The notes beneath the pieces were generated by a model. The model saw nothing but the letters and a program-made list of their open reading frames with translations. It searched no databases and had not been told where the DNA came from. From contig JALCSW010000004.1 of the NCBI GenBank assembly GCA_022653695.1, positions 15,578 to 79,577 on the forward strand: DNA of 64,000 bases. Reading direction: 5' to 3'. Positions 19,509 to 28,504 of the stretch are shown here, in pieces. The stretch comes from Bacilli bacterium (GTDB taxonomy: Bacteria; Bacillota_I; Bacilli_A; RFN20; CAG-826). Every line of letters starts with the position of its first letter. Positions within the stretch are counted from its first letter, which is position 1. Position numbers and translations under genes: made by a program.

Positions 19509-19928
19509 ATGAACGACAAAATCGAATTAAGCGTCAAGAAGATCCTCGATAAGAAATTCACGCCCGACGTGAAGGGTTACAACCCTGAGCAAGTCGACGC
19601 GTTCTTGGATCAGATCATCAAGGATTACCTCGCTTTCTCCGAGATCGAAAAGGAAATGACGGCCCACATTGATTCGCTTCAAGCCTCCCTCGCCCCCCTC
19701 AAGGAGAGCGAGGAGAAAGCCATGGCCGACGCCAAAGGCTTATGGGAGAAGAACAAACAGCTGGAAATCGACAACGCCTCCATGAGGAGCCGCCTTCAGG
19801 GAATCAGGCCCGGAGACCGACCAACCGCGGAGAACATGCAGTACATCCAGCGGATTCGCGTCCTTGAGGATTTCCTCAACAGCGAAGGTTACGATCCCAA
19901 CAATCTGAAGCGAAAGATCAGGAATTGA
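19509..19928 (+). CDS. gpsB: DivIVA/GpsB domain protein
   Basis: ILDKKF...KGYNPEQVDAFLDQIIKDY; recU-gpsB-rnpB neighbourhood as in Bacilli. Confidence 0.8.
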   Translation: MNDKIELSVKKILDKKFTPDVKGYNPEQVDAFLDQIIKDYLAFSEIEKEMTAHIDSLQASLAPLKESEEKAMADAKGLWEKNKQLEIDNASMRSRLQGIRPGDRPTAENMQYIQRIRVLEDFLNSEGYDPNNLKRKIRN

Positions 19929-20257
19929 TTCCGGTCCAGGCGACCGCTGCCCGCAAGGGTAGAGGAAAGTCCATGCTCGCACGGTCTGTGACGGCCGTAG
20001 TGATTGCGCCAAGCGAAAAGATAAGCTTGGGTACGCGGGAGCGCGTAACGGCGGATGAAGGTCCCTCGCGGATCGGAGTCCCTAAGGTGCCACAGAGACG
20101 AGCTTGCCAGCGATGGCAAGGTGAAACGCGGTAAACCCCACAAGCGAGAAACCCAAATTTGGTAGGGGAAGAGAGGAAGCCCAACCGAAGGCAACCTCTC
20201 CAGCGAAAGCTGAGATTAATCGTCGCCCTCGACAGAACATGGCTTATCGGACCGGAA
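19929..20257 (+). ncRNA. rnpB: RNase P RNA, bacterial type B
   Basis: P1 TTCCGGTCC/GGACCGGAA; GAGGAAAGTCCATGCTCGC, GTGCCACAG, GGTAAACCCC, GAAACCCAAATTTGGTAGGGGAA, ACAGAACATGGCTTA. Confidence 0.96.
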
Positions 20258-20273
20258 ACTCATTCAAATCGTT

Positions 20274-20897
20274 ATGAACATCCCAACCAAGATAACCGTT
20301 TCGCGAATCGTTCTCATCGGCGTTATGCTGCTGGGGCTTTTCGTGATTTCCTTCATTCCGGACTTCCCGGCCGCTTTCCTTCCCGGGACCCAAATAAGCC
20401 TCGTCTACTTCGTTTGCTTTTGGATTTTCGCCGTGGCCGCCGTGACCGACAAAATCGATGGGACGCTGGCCCGCAAATGGCATCAGGTCACCGATTTGGG
20501 GAAGTTCCTCGATCCGGTCGCGGACAAGCTCCTCGTCGATTCGTCCCTCATCGTTCTCACGGTTCCCGCCCTTTTTGCTCCCGACAACATCCTTGTCCCC
20601 GTTTATTGCACCGTTATCATGATCGTCCGCGATCTGGTGGTCGACAGCCTCCGTTTCATCGCGGCGGGCAAAGGGAAGGTGCTATCCGCCAATGTCTTTG
20701 GCAAGGTTAAGACCGTGTGTCAGATGGTCGCCATCCCGCTTTTCTTCCTCAACGATTGGCCTTTCTCCTACTTTGACGCTTCTTGGGGCCTTGGCCGCCT
20801 GTCGTATGTCTTTATGTTCGTCGCTACGCTCGCTTCGCTTATCAGCGGCGTCGTTTATCTCGTTCAGAACCGCGATGTTTTCAAGGAGGCCGAATAA
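20274..20897 (+). CDS. pgsA: CDP-diacylglycerol--glycerol-3-phosphate 3-phosphatidyltransferase
   Basis: TDKIDGTLARK...GKFLDPVADKLL, GKVKTVCQM. Confidence 0.95.
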   Translation: MNIPTKITVSRIVLIGVMLLGLFVISFIPDFPAAFLPGTQISLVYFVCFWIFAVAAVTDKIDGTLARKWHQVTDLGKFLDPVADKLLVDSSLIVLTVPALFAPDNILVPVYCTVIMIVRDLVVDSLRFIAAGKGKVLSANVFGKVKTVCQMVAIPLFFLNDWPFSYFDASWGLGRLSYVFMFVATLASLISGVVYLVQNRDVFKEAE

Positions 20898-21367
20898 TGG
20901 ACAGTCCCGCTAAGCGCGTTATCAAGAAGATGGCAGCGAAAGGTTTGACCCTCGGTTCCGTCGAGAGCCTGACCGGTGGCCTTTTCGCCTCGGCGATTTG
21001 CGAAGTCCCGGGAGCCAGCAAAGTTTTCAAAGGCGCTCTCGTCACCTATGACAATAGCGAAAAAGTCCATTTGGCGGACGTGCTCGAGGAAAGCATAGAG
21101 AACTATGGGGTGGTCTCGGAGCAAGTGGCTGAGGAAATGGCCCTTGGGGGCGTGCGCAACCTCTTCGTCGACGTGTGCGTGTCCTTCACCGGCAACGCCG
21201 GACCGACCGCCGAAGTTGGCTCGGCCAAGGTCGGGGACGTCTATATGGCCATCGCCTTTGGCGGCGACCGCGTTTATCGTTACGCCCTTCATTTTAGGGG
21301 CCCGCGCAACCTCATTCGCCAGCAATGCGTCGACAAAGCGCTCGAGGAACTTGACGCGCTTTTGTAG
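20897..21367 (+). CDS. cinA: CinA C-terminal domain / NMN deamidase (PncC-like)
   Basis: ESLTGG, PGASKVF, GVVSEQVAEEMA, TGNAGP; AAGGAGG RBS; pgsA-cinA-recA order. Confidence 0.9.
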   Translation: MDSPAKRVIKKMAAKGLTLGSVESLTGGLFASAICEVPGASKVFKGALVTYDNSEKVHLADVLEESIENYGVVSEQVAEEMALGGVRNLFVDVCVSFTGNAGPTAEVGSAKVGDVYMAIAFGGDRVYRYALHFRGPRNLIRQQCVDKALEELDALL

Positions 21368-21420
21368 TTTGTTTCGGTACGAATTGGCCAAACGCCACTA
21401 ATTTATAGAGGAGGCACATT

Positions 21421-22470
21421 ATGGCTGCTGATACAACAAAGAGAGACGAAGCGCTCGAAGATGCCCTCAAAGCCATCGAGAAGACGTATGGCAAGGGTAG
21501 CGTGATGCGTTTGGGCGACCATGCCCGCGTCGACGTGGACGTCATTCCAAGCGGATCGCTTCTATTGGACCACGCCCTTGGGGTGGGAGGCTATCCGAAG
21601 GGCCGCATCGTGGAAATCTACGGCCCTGAAAGCTCCGGCAAGACGACCTTGGCGCTTCATGCCGTCGCCGAATGCCAAAAGAAAGGCGGCCGCGCCGCCT
21701 ATGTCGACGCCGAGCACGCCATCGATCCGGATTACGCCGCTAATCTCGGCGTGAACATCGACGAGCTCATCCTTTCGCAACCCGACAGCGGCGAACAGGC
21801 TCTCGAAATCGTCGAGATGCTCGCCCAAAGCGGGGCCATTGACATCATCGTCGTCGACTCGGTGGCGGCCCTTGTCCCCCAAGCCGAACTCGATGGGGTC
21901 ATGGGCGACAATCAAGTTGGCTTACAGGCCCGCCTGATGTCGAAGGCCATGCGCAAACTCGCGGCCATCCTCGACAAAACCGGATGTTTGGTCGTCTTCA
22001 TCAACCAGCTCCGCGAGAAAGTCGGCATCGTTTACGGGAACCCCGAGGTCACTACCGGGGGCCGGGCTTTGAAGTTCTATGCCACGATCCGGTTGGATCT
22101 GCGCCGCGCCGAGGCGATCAAAAACGGCAGCGACATAATCGGCAACAGCGTCAAAATCAAGGTCGTGAAGAACAAGGTCGCGCCCCCCTTCAAGACCGCC
22201 GTAGTGGACGTCATATATGGCAAAGGCATCTCCAAAGAAGGCGAGATCCTCGATCTCGGCGTGGAATACGGCTTCATTCAGAAAACCGGGAACTGGTATG
22301 AGATCAGCGGCGAAAAGATCGGCAACGGCCGCGAGGCCACGAAGGAATACTTGCGGAACCACTCCGATGTCGAAGGCGACATCGAGGGGAAGGTTCGCGA
22401 AAAACTCAAAGGCGATCCGGAGGAAGCCAAAAAGAGCGACGGGAAGAAGGGCGAGCCGACCAAAAAATAG
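21421..22470 (+). CDS. recA: Recombinase RecA
   Basis: [38 protein letters not shown]. Confidence 0.99.
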   Translation: MAADTTKRDEALEDALKAIEKTYGKGSVMRLGDHARVDVDVIPSGSLLLDHALGVGGYPKGRIVEIYGPESSGKTTLALHAVAECQKKGGRAAYVDAEHAIDPDYAANLGVNIDELILSQPDSGEQALEIVEMLAQSGAIDIIVVDSVAALVPQAELDGVMGDNQVGLQARLMSKAMRKLAAILDKTGCLVVFINQLREKVGIVYGNPEVTTGGRALKFYATIRLDLRRAEAIKNGSDIIGNSVKIKVVKNKVAPPFKTAVVDVIYGKGISKEGEILDLGVEYGFIQKTGNWYEISGEKIGNGREATKEYLRNHSDVEGDIEGKVREKLKGDPEEAKKSDGKKGEPTKK

Positions 22471-22498
22471 CTTTGGCGAAGACCGTTCTGACGAACGC

Positions 22499-22530
22499 AA
22501 ACCACGATTGGACGATCGTGGTTTTTTCTT
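22499..22530 (+). terminator. Intrinsic terminator after recA
   Basis: AAACCACGAT...ATCGTGGTTTTTT. Confidence 0.8.
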
Positions 22531-22601
22531 TGCCCTCAGCCGTTTTATCCAAAAAACACCAGTCATGGGGCCTTAATCGTTTCACGTTCGTTTTTTATTC
22601 G

Positions 22602-22630
22602 TAGCGCTTTTTCTTCGACCTTGCTAGAAT
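22602..22630 (+). promoter_or_regulatory. Probable promoter of the rny operon
   Basis: TAGCGC-17 nt-TAGAAT with extended TG. Confidence 0.55.
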
Positions 22631-22636
22631 TAAGCC

Positions 22637-22755
22637 GTACCTTCAGGTACTTACCACCCATAGATTTGCATTGGGTCCTCGTAATTGGCCGCAAGGCTTG
22701 CCATAAAAATACGAAGTCAATAATTTTCAGTCTATTGGGCGTAATGTACTTTTTT
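22637..22755 (+). ncRNA. Candidate structured leader RNA upstream of rny
   Basis: ~107-nt imperfect rod (manual pairing) capped by a GCAA tetraloop and followed by a U-run. Confidence 0.55.
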
Positions 22756-22781
22756 GGTTCTTTAAAAGGAGTGCATCCAAA

Positions 22782-24368
22782 ATGCCTATCAACAATGTCG
22801 TGGCCCTCTCCACCGAGGGCTGGATCGGGATCGCCGTCGGGGCGTTGGCTCTTGGGGTCATCGCGACGATCGTCGTTTTCAAGCTGATCCCTTCTTTCAA
22901 GAGGAGCAGCGCGAACAAGCAGGCCAAACAGATCCTGCGCGATGCCGAAATCAAAGCCGAGCGCATCGCCAAGAACGCGGAGATCGACGCCAAGCAGGCG
23001 GCCTTCGAATCCAAGCAGAACGCCCAAAACGAAATCCGTCAGATGAAATCCGAAATCCAGGGCGAGCAAGCCAAGCTCGATTTGCGGGAGCAGACCATCG
23101 ACGCCCGCGACAACGCCCTTCTTCAGAAGGAAAACGCGCTTGACGCGAAAAACGACGATCTGAAGAACCAAATGGCTTCCTGCGATAAGAAGCAGGCCGA
23201 ACTCGATTCCAAGATCGATGGCATCATCGTCGAACTTGAGAAGGTGAGCGGCATGTCCGTGAAGGAAGCCCACGCCGAGATCATGGCCCGCGTCGAAAGC
23301 AAGATGTCCGCCGAAATCGCCGCTTACATCAAAAACCAAGAGGACGAAGCCGAGGAGACCGCCCAGGCGAAGGCCACCGATCTGCTCGGTTTGGCCTGCG
23401 ATCGTTACGCCCAAGAAGTCACGACTGAGCGCAACGTCGCCGTCATCGCCCTTCCGACCGACGAACTCAAGGGCCGCATCATCGGGCGCGAAGGCCGCAA
23501 CATCCGCGTTCTCGAGCAAACCCTCGGCGTCGATCTCGTCATCGACGACACGCCGGAAGTCATCACCATCAGCTGCTTCGATCCGATCCGGCGCGAAATC
23601 GCCCGCCGCACCATGGAGTATTTGGTCAAAGACGGCCGCATTCAGCCGGGCCGCATCGAGGAAATCGCCGCCAAATTCAAACGCGACGTGCAAACCGAGA
23701 CCCAAAAAGTCGGCGAAGACGCCGCCTTCAAACTCGGCCTGCCGAAAATCAGCAAGGAGCTTTGCGGTTGCCTTGGCCGCCTGAAGTACCGCACTTCCTA
23801 TGGGCAGAACGCCCTTCAGCATTCGATGGAAGTCGCCAGCCTCACCGGCATGATGGCGGCCGAGCTGGGCCTTGACCAGAATCTGGCCAAGCGCGCCGGG
23901 CTTCTTCACGACATCGGAAAGGCCGTGGACTTTGAGCAGGAAGGCTCCCACGTTCAGCTCGGCGCCGATCTCGCCCGGAAATACGGCGAACCCGACGTCG
24001 TCATCAACTCGATCGAATCGCATCACGGCGACGTGCCGGCGAAATACGTCATCGCCCATCTCGTCGCGGCGGCCGACACCCTGAGCGCCGCCCGCCCGGG
24101 CGCCCGCAGCGAGACGATGGAAAACTACGTCAAGCGCATCACCCAGCTCGAAGACATCGCGAAGACGTTCGACGGGGTCCAGCAGGCTTATGCCATGCAG
24201 GCCGGCCGCGAGATCCGCGTCATGGTGATCCCTGAGCGCGTCAGCGACGACCAGGCCGTTCAGATGGCCCTCAAGATGCGCGAGAAGATCGAAAGCGAAA
24301 TGACTTATCCGGGCCAAATCAAGGTTTCGGTCATCCGCGAATACCGCGCGGTCGAAACGGCGAAATAG
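22782..24368 (+). CDS. rny: Ribonuclease Y
   Basis: N-terminal TM, coiled coil, KH (KGRIIGREGRNIR), HD (GLLHDIGK), SAARPGAR. Confidence 0.98.
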   Translation: MPINNVVALSTEGWIGIAVGALALGVIATIVVFKLIPSFKRSSANKQAKQILRDAEIKAERIAKNAEIDAKQAAFESKQNAQNEIRQMKSEIQGEQAKLDLREQTIDARDNALLQKENALDAKNDDLKNQMASCDKKQAELDSKIDGIIVELEKVSGMSVKEAHAEIMARVESKMSAEIAAYIKNQEDEAEETAQAKATDLLGLACDRYAQEVTTERNVAVIALPTDELKGRIIGREGRNIRVLEQTLGVDLVIDDTPEVITISCFDPIRREIARRTMEYLVKDGRIQPGRIEEIAAKFKRDVQTETQKVGEDAAFKLGLPKISKELCGCLGRLKYRTSYGQNALQHSMEVASLTGMMAAELGLDQNLAKRAGLLHDIGKAVDFEQEGSHVQLGADLARKYGEPDVVINSIESHHGDVPAKYVIAHLVAAADTLSAARPGARSETMENYVKRITQLEDIAKTFDGVQQAYAMQAGREIRVMVIPERVSDDQAVQMALKMREKIESEMTYPGQIKVSVIREYRAVETAK

Positions 24369-24379
24369 CGTCTTTGCCT

Positions 24380-25165
24380 ATGCGGATTCTCTTCTATGGG
24401 GATATCGTCGGCAAGATCGGCAGGGAGGCCATCAAGGCCTCTTTGCCGTCTTTGGTCCGGTCGAAGGGGATCGATTTCGTGATCGCCAACGGCGAGAACG
24501 CGACGCATGGGAAAGGGCTCAACGAAAGCCACTACCACCAACTCGTTTCCTATGGGGTCGATTGTTTAACGCTAGGCAACCACTGGCATTCCAAACCGGT
24601 CATCGACGAATACATCGACGAGGCCGAGCATCTCGTCAGGCCGCTTAACCTGATCGATTGCCACCATGGCCTTGGAAGCGCCTCCTACGACGTGGATGGG
24701 GTCGAAATCAGGGTCACGAACGTGATGGGGCAGGCTTTCATGAAAGAAACCGTGGGCTCGCCCAACGAAGCGATGGAGAAACTGCTGTCCGAAATCGACC
24801 CGTGCGTCCATATCGTCGATTTCCATGCCGACAGCACGAGCGAAAAAGAAGTGTTCGCCTATCTTCTCTCGGGCCGCGTCAGCGCGGTCGTCGGGACCCA
24901 CACCCACGTTCAAACCAACGACGCTAGGATCCTCGAAGGCGGGACGGCCTACATCAGCGACGTCGGCATGTGCGGGGCCGCCGATGGGGTCATCGGCTTC
25001 GAGAAGCATTCCGTCATCAACAAAGTCGTCTATGGCCAAAAAGGCATTTTCGAAATCGACGACGACGCGCAGCCAATGGTGAACGCCGTCGTCATCGACG
25101 TCGATGAGTCGACCTATCGGGCCACTTCGATCCGAACCCTCAATCTATTGGAGAATAAGCGATGA
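24380..25165 (+). CDS. ymdB: YmdB-family metallophosphoesterase
   Basis: GDIVG, ANGEN, TLGNH, DFHA, GTHTHVQTND. Confidence 0.93.
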   Translation: MRILFYGDIVGKIGREAIKASLPSLVRSKGIDFVIANGENATHGKGLNESHYHQLVSYGVDCLTLGNHWHSKPVIDEYIDEAEHLVRPLNLIDCHHGLGSASYDVDGVEIRVTNVMGQAFMKETVGSPNEAMEKLLSEIDPCVHIVDFHADSTSEKEVFAYLLSGRVSAVVGTHTHVQTNDARILEGGTAYISDVGMCGAADGVIGFEKHSVINKVVYGQKGIFEIDDDAQPMVNAVVIDVDESTYRATSIRTLNLLENKR

Positions 25166-26904
25166 GTAAGTGCGTGTACCGTTCCCTGCCCGACATGAGC
25201 AAGGCCCGCAACCGGGTCGATGGGCCTTTATTTTTCGAGGGCGAAAAAAAGATCCCCGCCGAAATCGGCGCGTACGCGAAAGGCCGCCGCTTCTTCATCC
25301 GCACTTACGGCTGCCAAGCCAACATCCGCGACGAAGAAATCATGGCGGGATACCTTGCCTCAGCCGGTTTCTCGAGAACCGAAAACGAGTCCGAGGCCGA
25401 TTTGGCGATCATCAACACCTGCGCCGTCCGGGAGAACGCGGAGGACAAGGTTTACGGCCAAATCGGGGTTTTCAAAGCCAACGCCGACAGGAACCCTTCC
25501 TTCATCCTCGCCGTTTGCGGTTGCATGATGCAGGAGGAGGGCGTGGCGGAGAAACTCACGAAAACGTACCCTTACCTTTCCCTCGTTTTCGGGACCCACA
25601 ACGTGAGCGATATCCTTTCGCTTCTAAACGAGGTCATCGTTTCGCGGAAACGGCTCGTCGACGTGAAAAGCTTCCCCGGGGCAATAATCGAGGGGATGCC
25701 CTCCGTCCGCCTCGATGGCTACAAGGCGTTCGTGAACATTTCTTACGGATGCGACAAATTCTGCACCTATTGCATCGTCCCTTATACGCGAGGCCGGGAA
25801 CGGAGCCGCCGCCCCGAAGCCATCCTCAAGGAATGCGAGGATTTGGCCGAGCGCGGTTTCAAGCAGGTCACCCTTTTGGGTCAAAACGTCAATTCGTACG
25901 GCCTTGATTTTAAGGATGGGACCACTTTCGCTTCCTTGCTTGACCAAGTGGCCGGCCTCGACATTCCGCACGTCCGTTTCCTCACCTCTTACCCGAGCCA
26001 GTTCACCGATGCGATGATCGACGTCATGGCCCGTCACCCCAACATCGACAAATGGCTTCACCTTCCGGTTCAGTCCGGCAGCGACAGCTGTCTGAAACGC
26101 ATGGGCCGCCGCTACACGAGGGAAGGATACCTTGACTTAGTGAGGCGCATCAGGGCGAAGATCCCCTCCATCGCCCTCACGACCGACCTCATCGTCGGCT
26201 TCCCCAACGAAACCGCCGCCGAATTCGAGGACACGCTGAGTTTATGCCGTGAGGTTTCCTACTCCTCCGCTTTCATGTTCATCTATTCGCCGCGCCGAGG
26301 GACCCCGGCCGCCGCCATCAAGGACGGCGTGGGCTCCGAGGAGAAGCACGCGAGGTTCCTCCGCCTTTCTAGAGTCATCGAGGAGACCACGTCGAAGCAC
26401 TCCCTCTCCATGGTTGGTGGAACCTATTCCGTCTTGGTCGACGGCCCCAGCAAAAAGGACCCATCGGTCCTTTCGGGTTACGCCCCCAATGGCAAATTGG
26501 TCAACTTCAAAGGGCCGCTTTACCTTAAAGGCGCCGAGGTTCCGGTCAAAATCAAGGAATCCCACACCTATAGCCTCATCGGGGAAATGGTCGGCGAGGC
26601 GATCGTCCACAAAGCCGAGGACGTCGCTTATTTGCTGAGGCGCGATCCTCTAGCGAAGGAATATCTCCGTCTTGACGAAGCGGTCCGAGGTGATCCGGAA
26701 ATCAAAAAGCTCGGCGAGGACCTCGTCTCCGCCAAGAAGGCCATGGCCTTATCGATGGGGCGGAGCGAGGAATACGAGGCCGCGAAAAAGACGTATGAAG
26801 GGTTGCTTAGAAAAATCAAGAACCATCCGCTTTTGGCCAATCGCGCCGCTTTGCAAGGGGCGGTGGAGGATATCCTCCTGCAGGTGAGGGACAGCCTGAA
26901 ATGA
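25162..26904 (+). CDS. miaB: tRNA methylthiotransferase MiaB fused to a C-terminal RicA/YmcA-like domain
   Basis: TYGCQAN, NTCAVRENAE, CGC, CDKFCTYC, TRAM domain, then ~100 extra helical residues. Confidence 0.93.
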   Translation: MSKCVYRSLPDMSKARNRVDGPLFFEGEKKIPAEIGAYAKGRRFFIRTYGCQANIRDEEIMAGYLASAGFSRTENESEADLAIINTCAVRENAEDKVYGQIGVFKANADRNPSFILAVCGCMMQEEGVAEKLTKTYPYLSLVFGTHNVSDILSLLNEVIVSRKRLVDVKSFPGAIIEGMPSVRLDGYKAFVNISYGCDKFCTYCIVPYTRGRERSRRPEAILKECEDLAERGFKQVTLLGQNVNSYGLDFKDGTTFASLLDQVAGLDIPHVRFLTSYPSQFTDAMIDVMARHPNIDKWLHLPVQSGSDSCLKRMGRRYTREGYLDLVRRIRAKIPSIALTTDLIVGFPNETAAEFEDTLSLCREVSYSSAFMFIYSPRRGTPAAAIKDGVGSEEKHARFLRLSRVIEETTSKHSLSMVGGTYSVLVDGPSKKDPSVLSGYAPNGKLVNFKGPLYLKGAEVPVKIKESHTYSLIGEMVGEAIVHKAEDVAYLLRRDPLAKEYLRLDEAVRGDPEIKKLGEDLVSAKKAMALSMGRSEEYEAAKKTYEGLLRKIKNHPLLANRAALQGAVEDILLQVRDSLK

Positions 26905-27776
26905 CGATCGTTCTGACGGGGCCGACGGGAAGCGGCAAAAGCGAATTGGCCGTTCGCCTCGCCAAGGCCATCGACGGGGAGATCGTCAACGCCGACGCCT
27001 TTCAGGTTTACGAAGGAATCCGCATAGCGACCGCCGCCCCCTCGGAAGAGCTTAGAGCCCAGGTTCCGCACCATCTCTACGGTTTCGTGCCGCTTGAGGA
27101 AAATTACGACATCGCCCGTTACCAAAAGGACTGCCGCAAAGCGATAAAGGGGATTTTGTCCCGCGGAAAGACGCCGATTCTCGTCGGCGGGAGCGGACTC
27201 TATATCCGCTCCGCTCTCTTCGACTATGATTTCTCGGTGGACGCCTCAAAGGCGGATTTGGCCCCTTTCGAATCGCTTTCCGCCGAGGAACTGCACGCCA
27301 AATTGGCCGAGCTTGACCCAACTGAGGCTTCGAAAATACCCTACCAAAACACTCGGCGGACCCTTCGGGCGATCGCCATTTGCCTCGCCGCCGGGGAGAG
27401 CAAGACCGCCCTCATCGCCCGGCAAAGCCATGCCCCGGTTTTCGAGGCGATGTTCTTCGCTTTATTCAAGGAACGCGACGAATTGTACCCTCTGGTGGAA
27501 AAAAGGGTTGAGGAAATGTTCGCCGCGGGCCTTGCGGAGGAGACGATTCCGCTTGTGAGGAAGTACGGCCGCTCCCCCCACGCCTTCAAAGCGATCGGGG
27601 TCAAGGAGTTTTTCCCCTATATCGACGGCAAAGCCACGTTGGAGGAAGTCAAGGCCTCCATCAAACGGAACACCCGCCACTACGTCAAGGAGCAGGAGAC
27701 TTGGTTTCGGCATCAATTCGATCTGACATACGTTTCCTCGTTAAGGGAGATAATGGATAAGTATGGGCATCGATGA
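26901..27776 (+). CDS. miaA: tRNA dimethylallyltransferase
   Basis: GPTGSGKS, NADAFQVY, VGGSGLY, AIGVKE, QETWF. Confidence 0.95.
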   Translation: MTIVLTGPTGSGKSELAVRLAKAIDGEIVNADAFQVYEGIRIATAAPSEELRAQVPHHLYGFVPLEENYDIARYQKDCRKAIKGILSRGKTPILVGGSGLYIRSALFDYDFSVDASKADLAPFESLSAEELHAKLAELDPTEASKIPYQNTRRTLRAIAICLAAGESKTALIARQSHAPVFEAMFFALFKERDELYPLVEKRVEEMFAAGLAEETIPLVRKYGRSPHAFKAIGVKEFFPYIDGKATLEEVKASIKRNTRHYVKEQETWFRHQFDLTYVSSLREIMDKYGHR

Positions 27777-28446
27777 GCGAACCGCTTTGCTTTTGGGTCC
27801 CGAGGGGGTCAAGAGGCTCCGTCAAGCCACGGTGGCGGTTTTTGGTTTGGGCGGGGTCGGGGGGACCGCGTTCGAGGCCCTTTCCCGCGCCGGGGTCGGG
27901 ACGCTTTACGCAATCGATTGCGACCTCGTCGACGAAACCAACCTCAATCGGCAGATCCTTTTTTCGAGGCAAGACGTCGGATGCGGCAAGGCCGAAGCCG
28001 CCCAAAGGCGCGCCCTTTCGATCCGCGAAGACGTCAAAGTCATTCCCGAATCCTATGCCGTGTCCGCCGATTCCTTGCTCAGCCACGATTACTCCTCCTG
28101 CGATTATCTGCTTGACTGCCTGGACGACATCGGCGCGAAAACGGCCCTGATCGAATACGCGAAATCCCATGCCATCCCCCTGATCGTTTCCCTAGGGATG
28201 GGGAACCGCATCGACGCCACGAAAGTCATCGTCACCAGCCTCGAGAAAACCCAAGGCGATCCGTTGGCCAAGAAGCTTCGGAAGGCCCTGAGGGACAAAA
28301 AAATCGATTTGTCGACCGTCCTCGTCGTTTTTTCGACGGAGGCGCCCATTAATAAAGGCCCCAAGCCGTCTTCGCTCATGATGGTCCCTTCGAGCGCCGG
28401 CCTCGCCATGGCGAGTCGCGTCATAGATTTCCTAGAAAAGCGCTGA
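27763..28446 (+). CDS. tcdA: ThiF-family tRNA threonylcarbamoyladenosine dehydratase (TcdA-like)
   Basis: GLGGVG, TNLNRQ, DPLAKKLRK, VVFSTE. Confidence 0.85.
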   Translation: MGIDERTALLLGPEGVKRLRQATVAVFGLGGVGGTAFEALSRAGVGTLYAIDCDLVDETNLNRQILFSRQDVGCGKAEAAQRRALSIREDVKVIPESYAVSADSLLSHDYSSCDYLLDCLDDIGAKTALIEYAKSHAIPLIVSLGMGNRIDATKVIVTSLEKTQGDPLAKKLRKALRDKKIDLSTVLVVFSTEAPINKGPKPSSLMMVPSSAGLAMASRVIDFLEKR

Positions 28447-28504
28447 GGCGCGTAATATCCTATCTAGTATATTTTAGGAACGAAAAATCCGGAGGAGTCA
28501 TTTG

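Noticed and set aside
19889-20273. Short ORFs on both strands, and the 5' part of ORF 20159-20710
   Set aside because: They overlap the RNase P RNA gene.
21368-21420. LexA (Cheo) box before recA
   Set aside because: No GAAC-N4-GTTC match.
22563-24317. 584-aa antisense ORF (similarly 136-915, 14262-15470, 35692-36639, 44683-45627, 60036-61970, 62974-63975)
   Set aside because: These are shadows of well-supported genes on the opposite strand, caused by GC-rich codon bias; no recognisable motifs.
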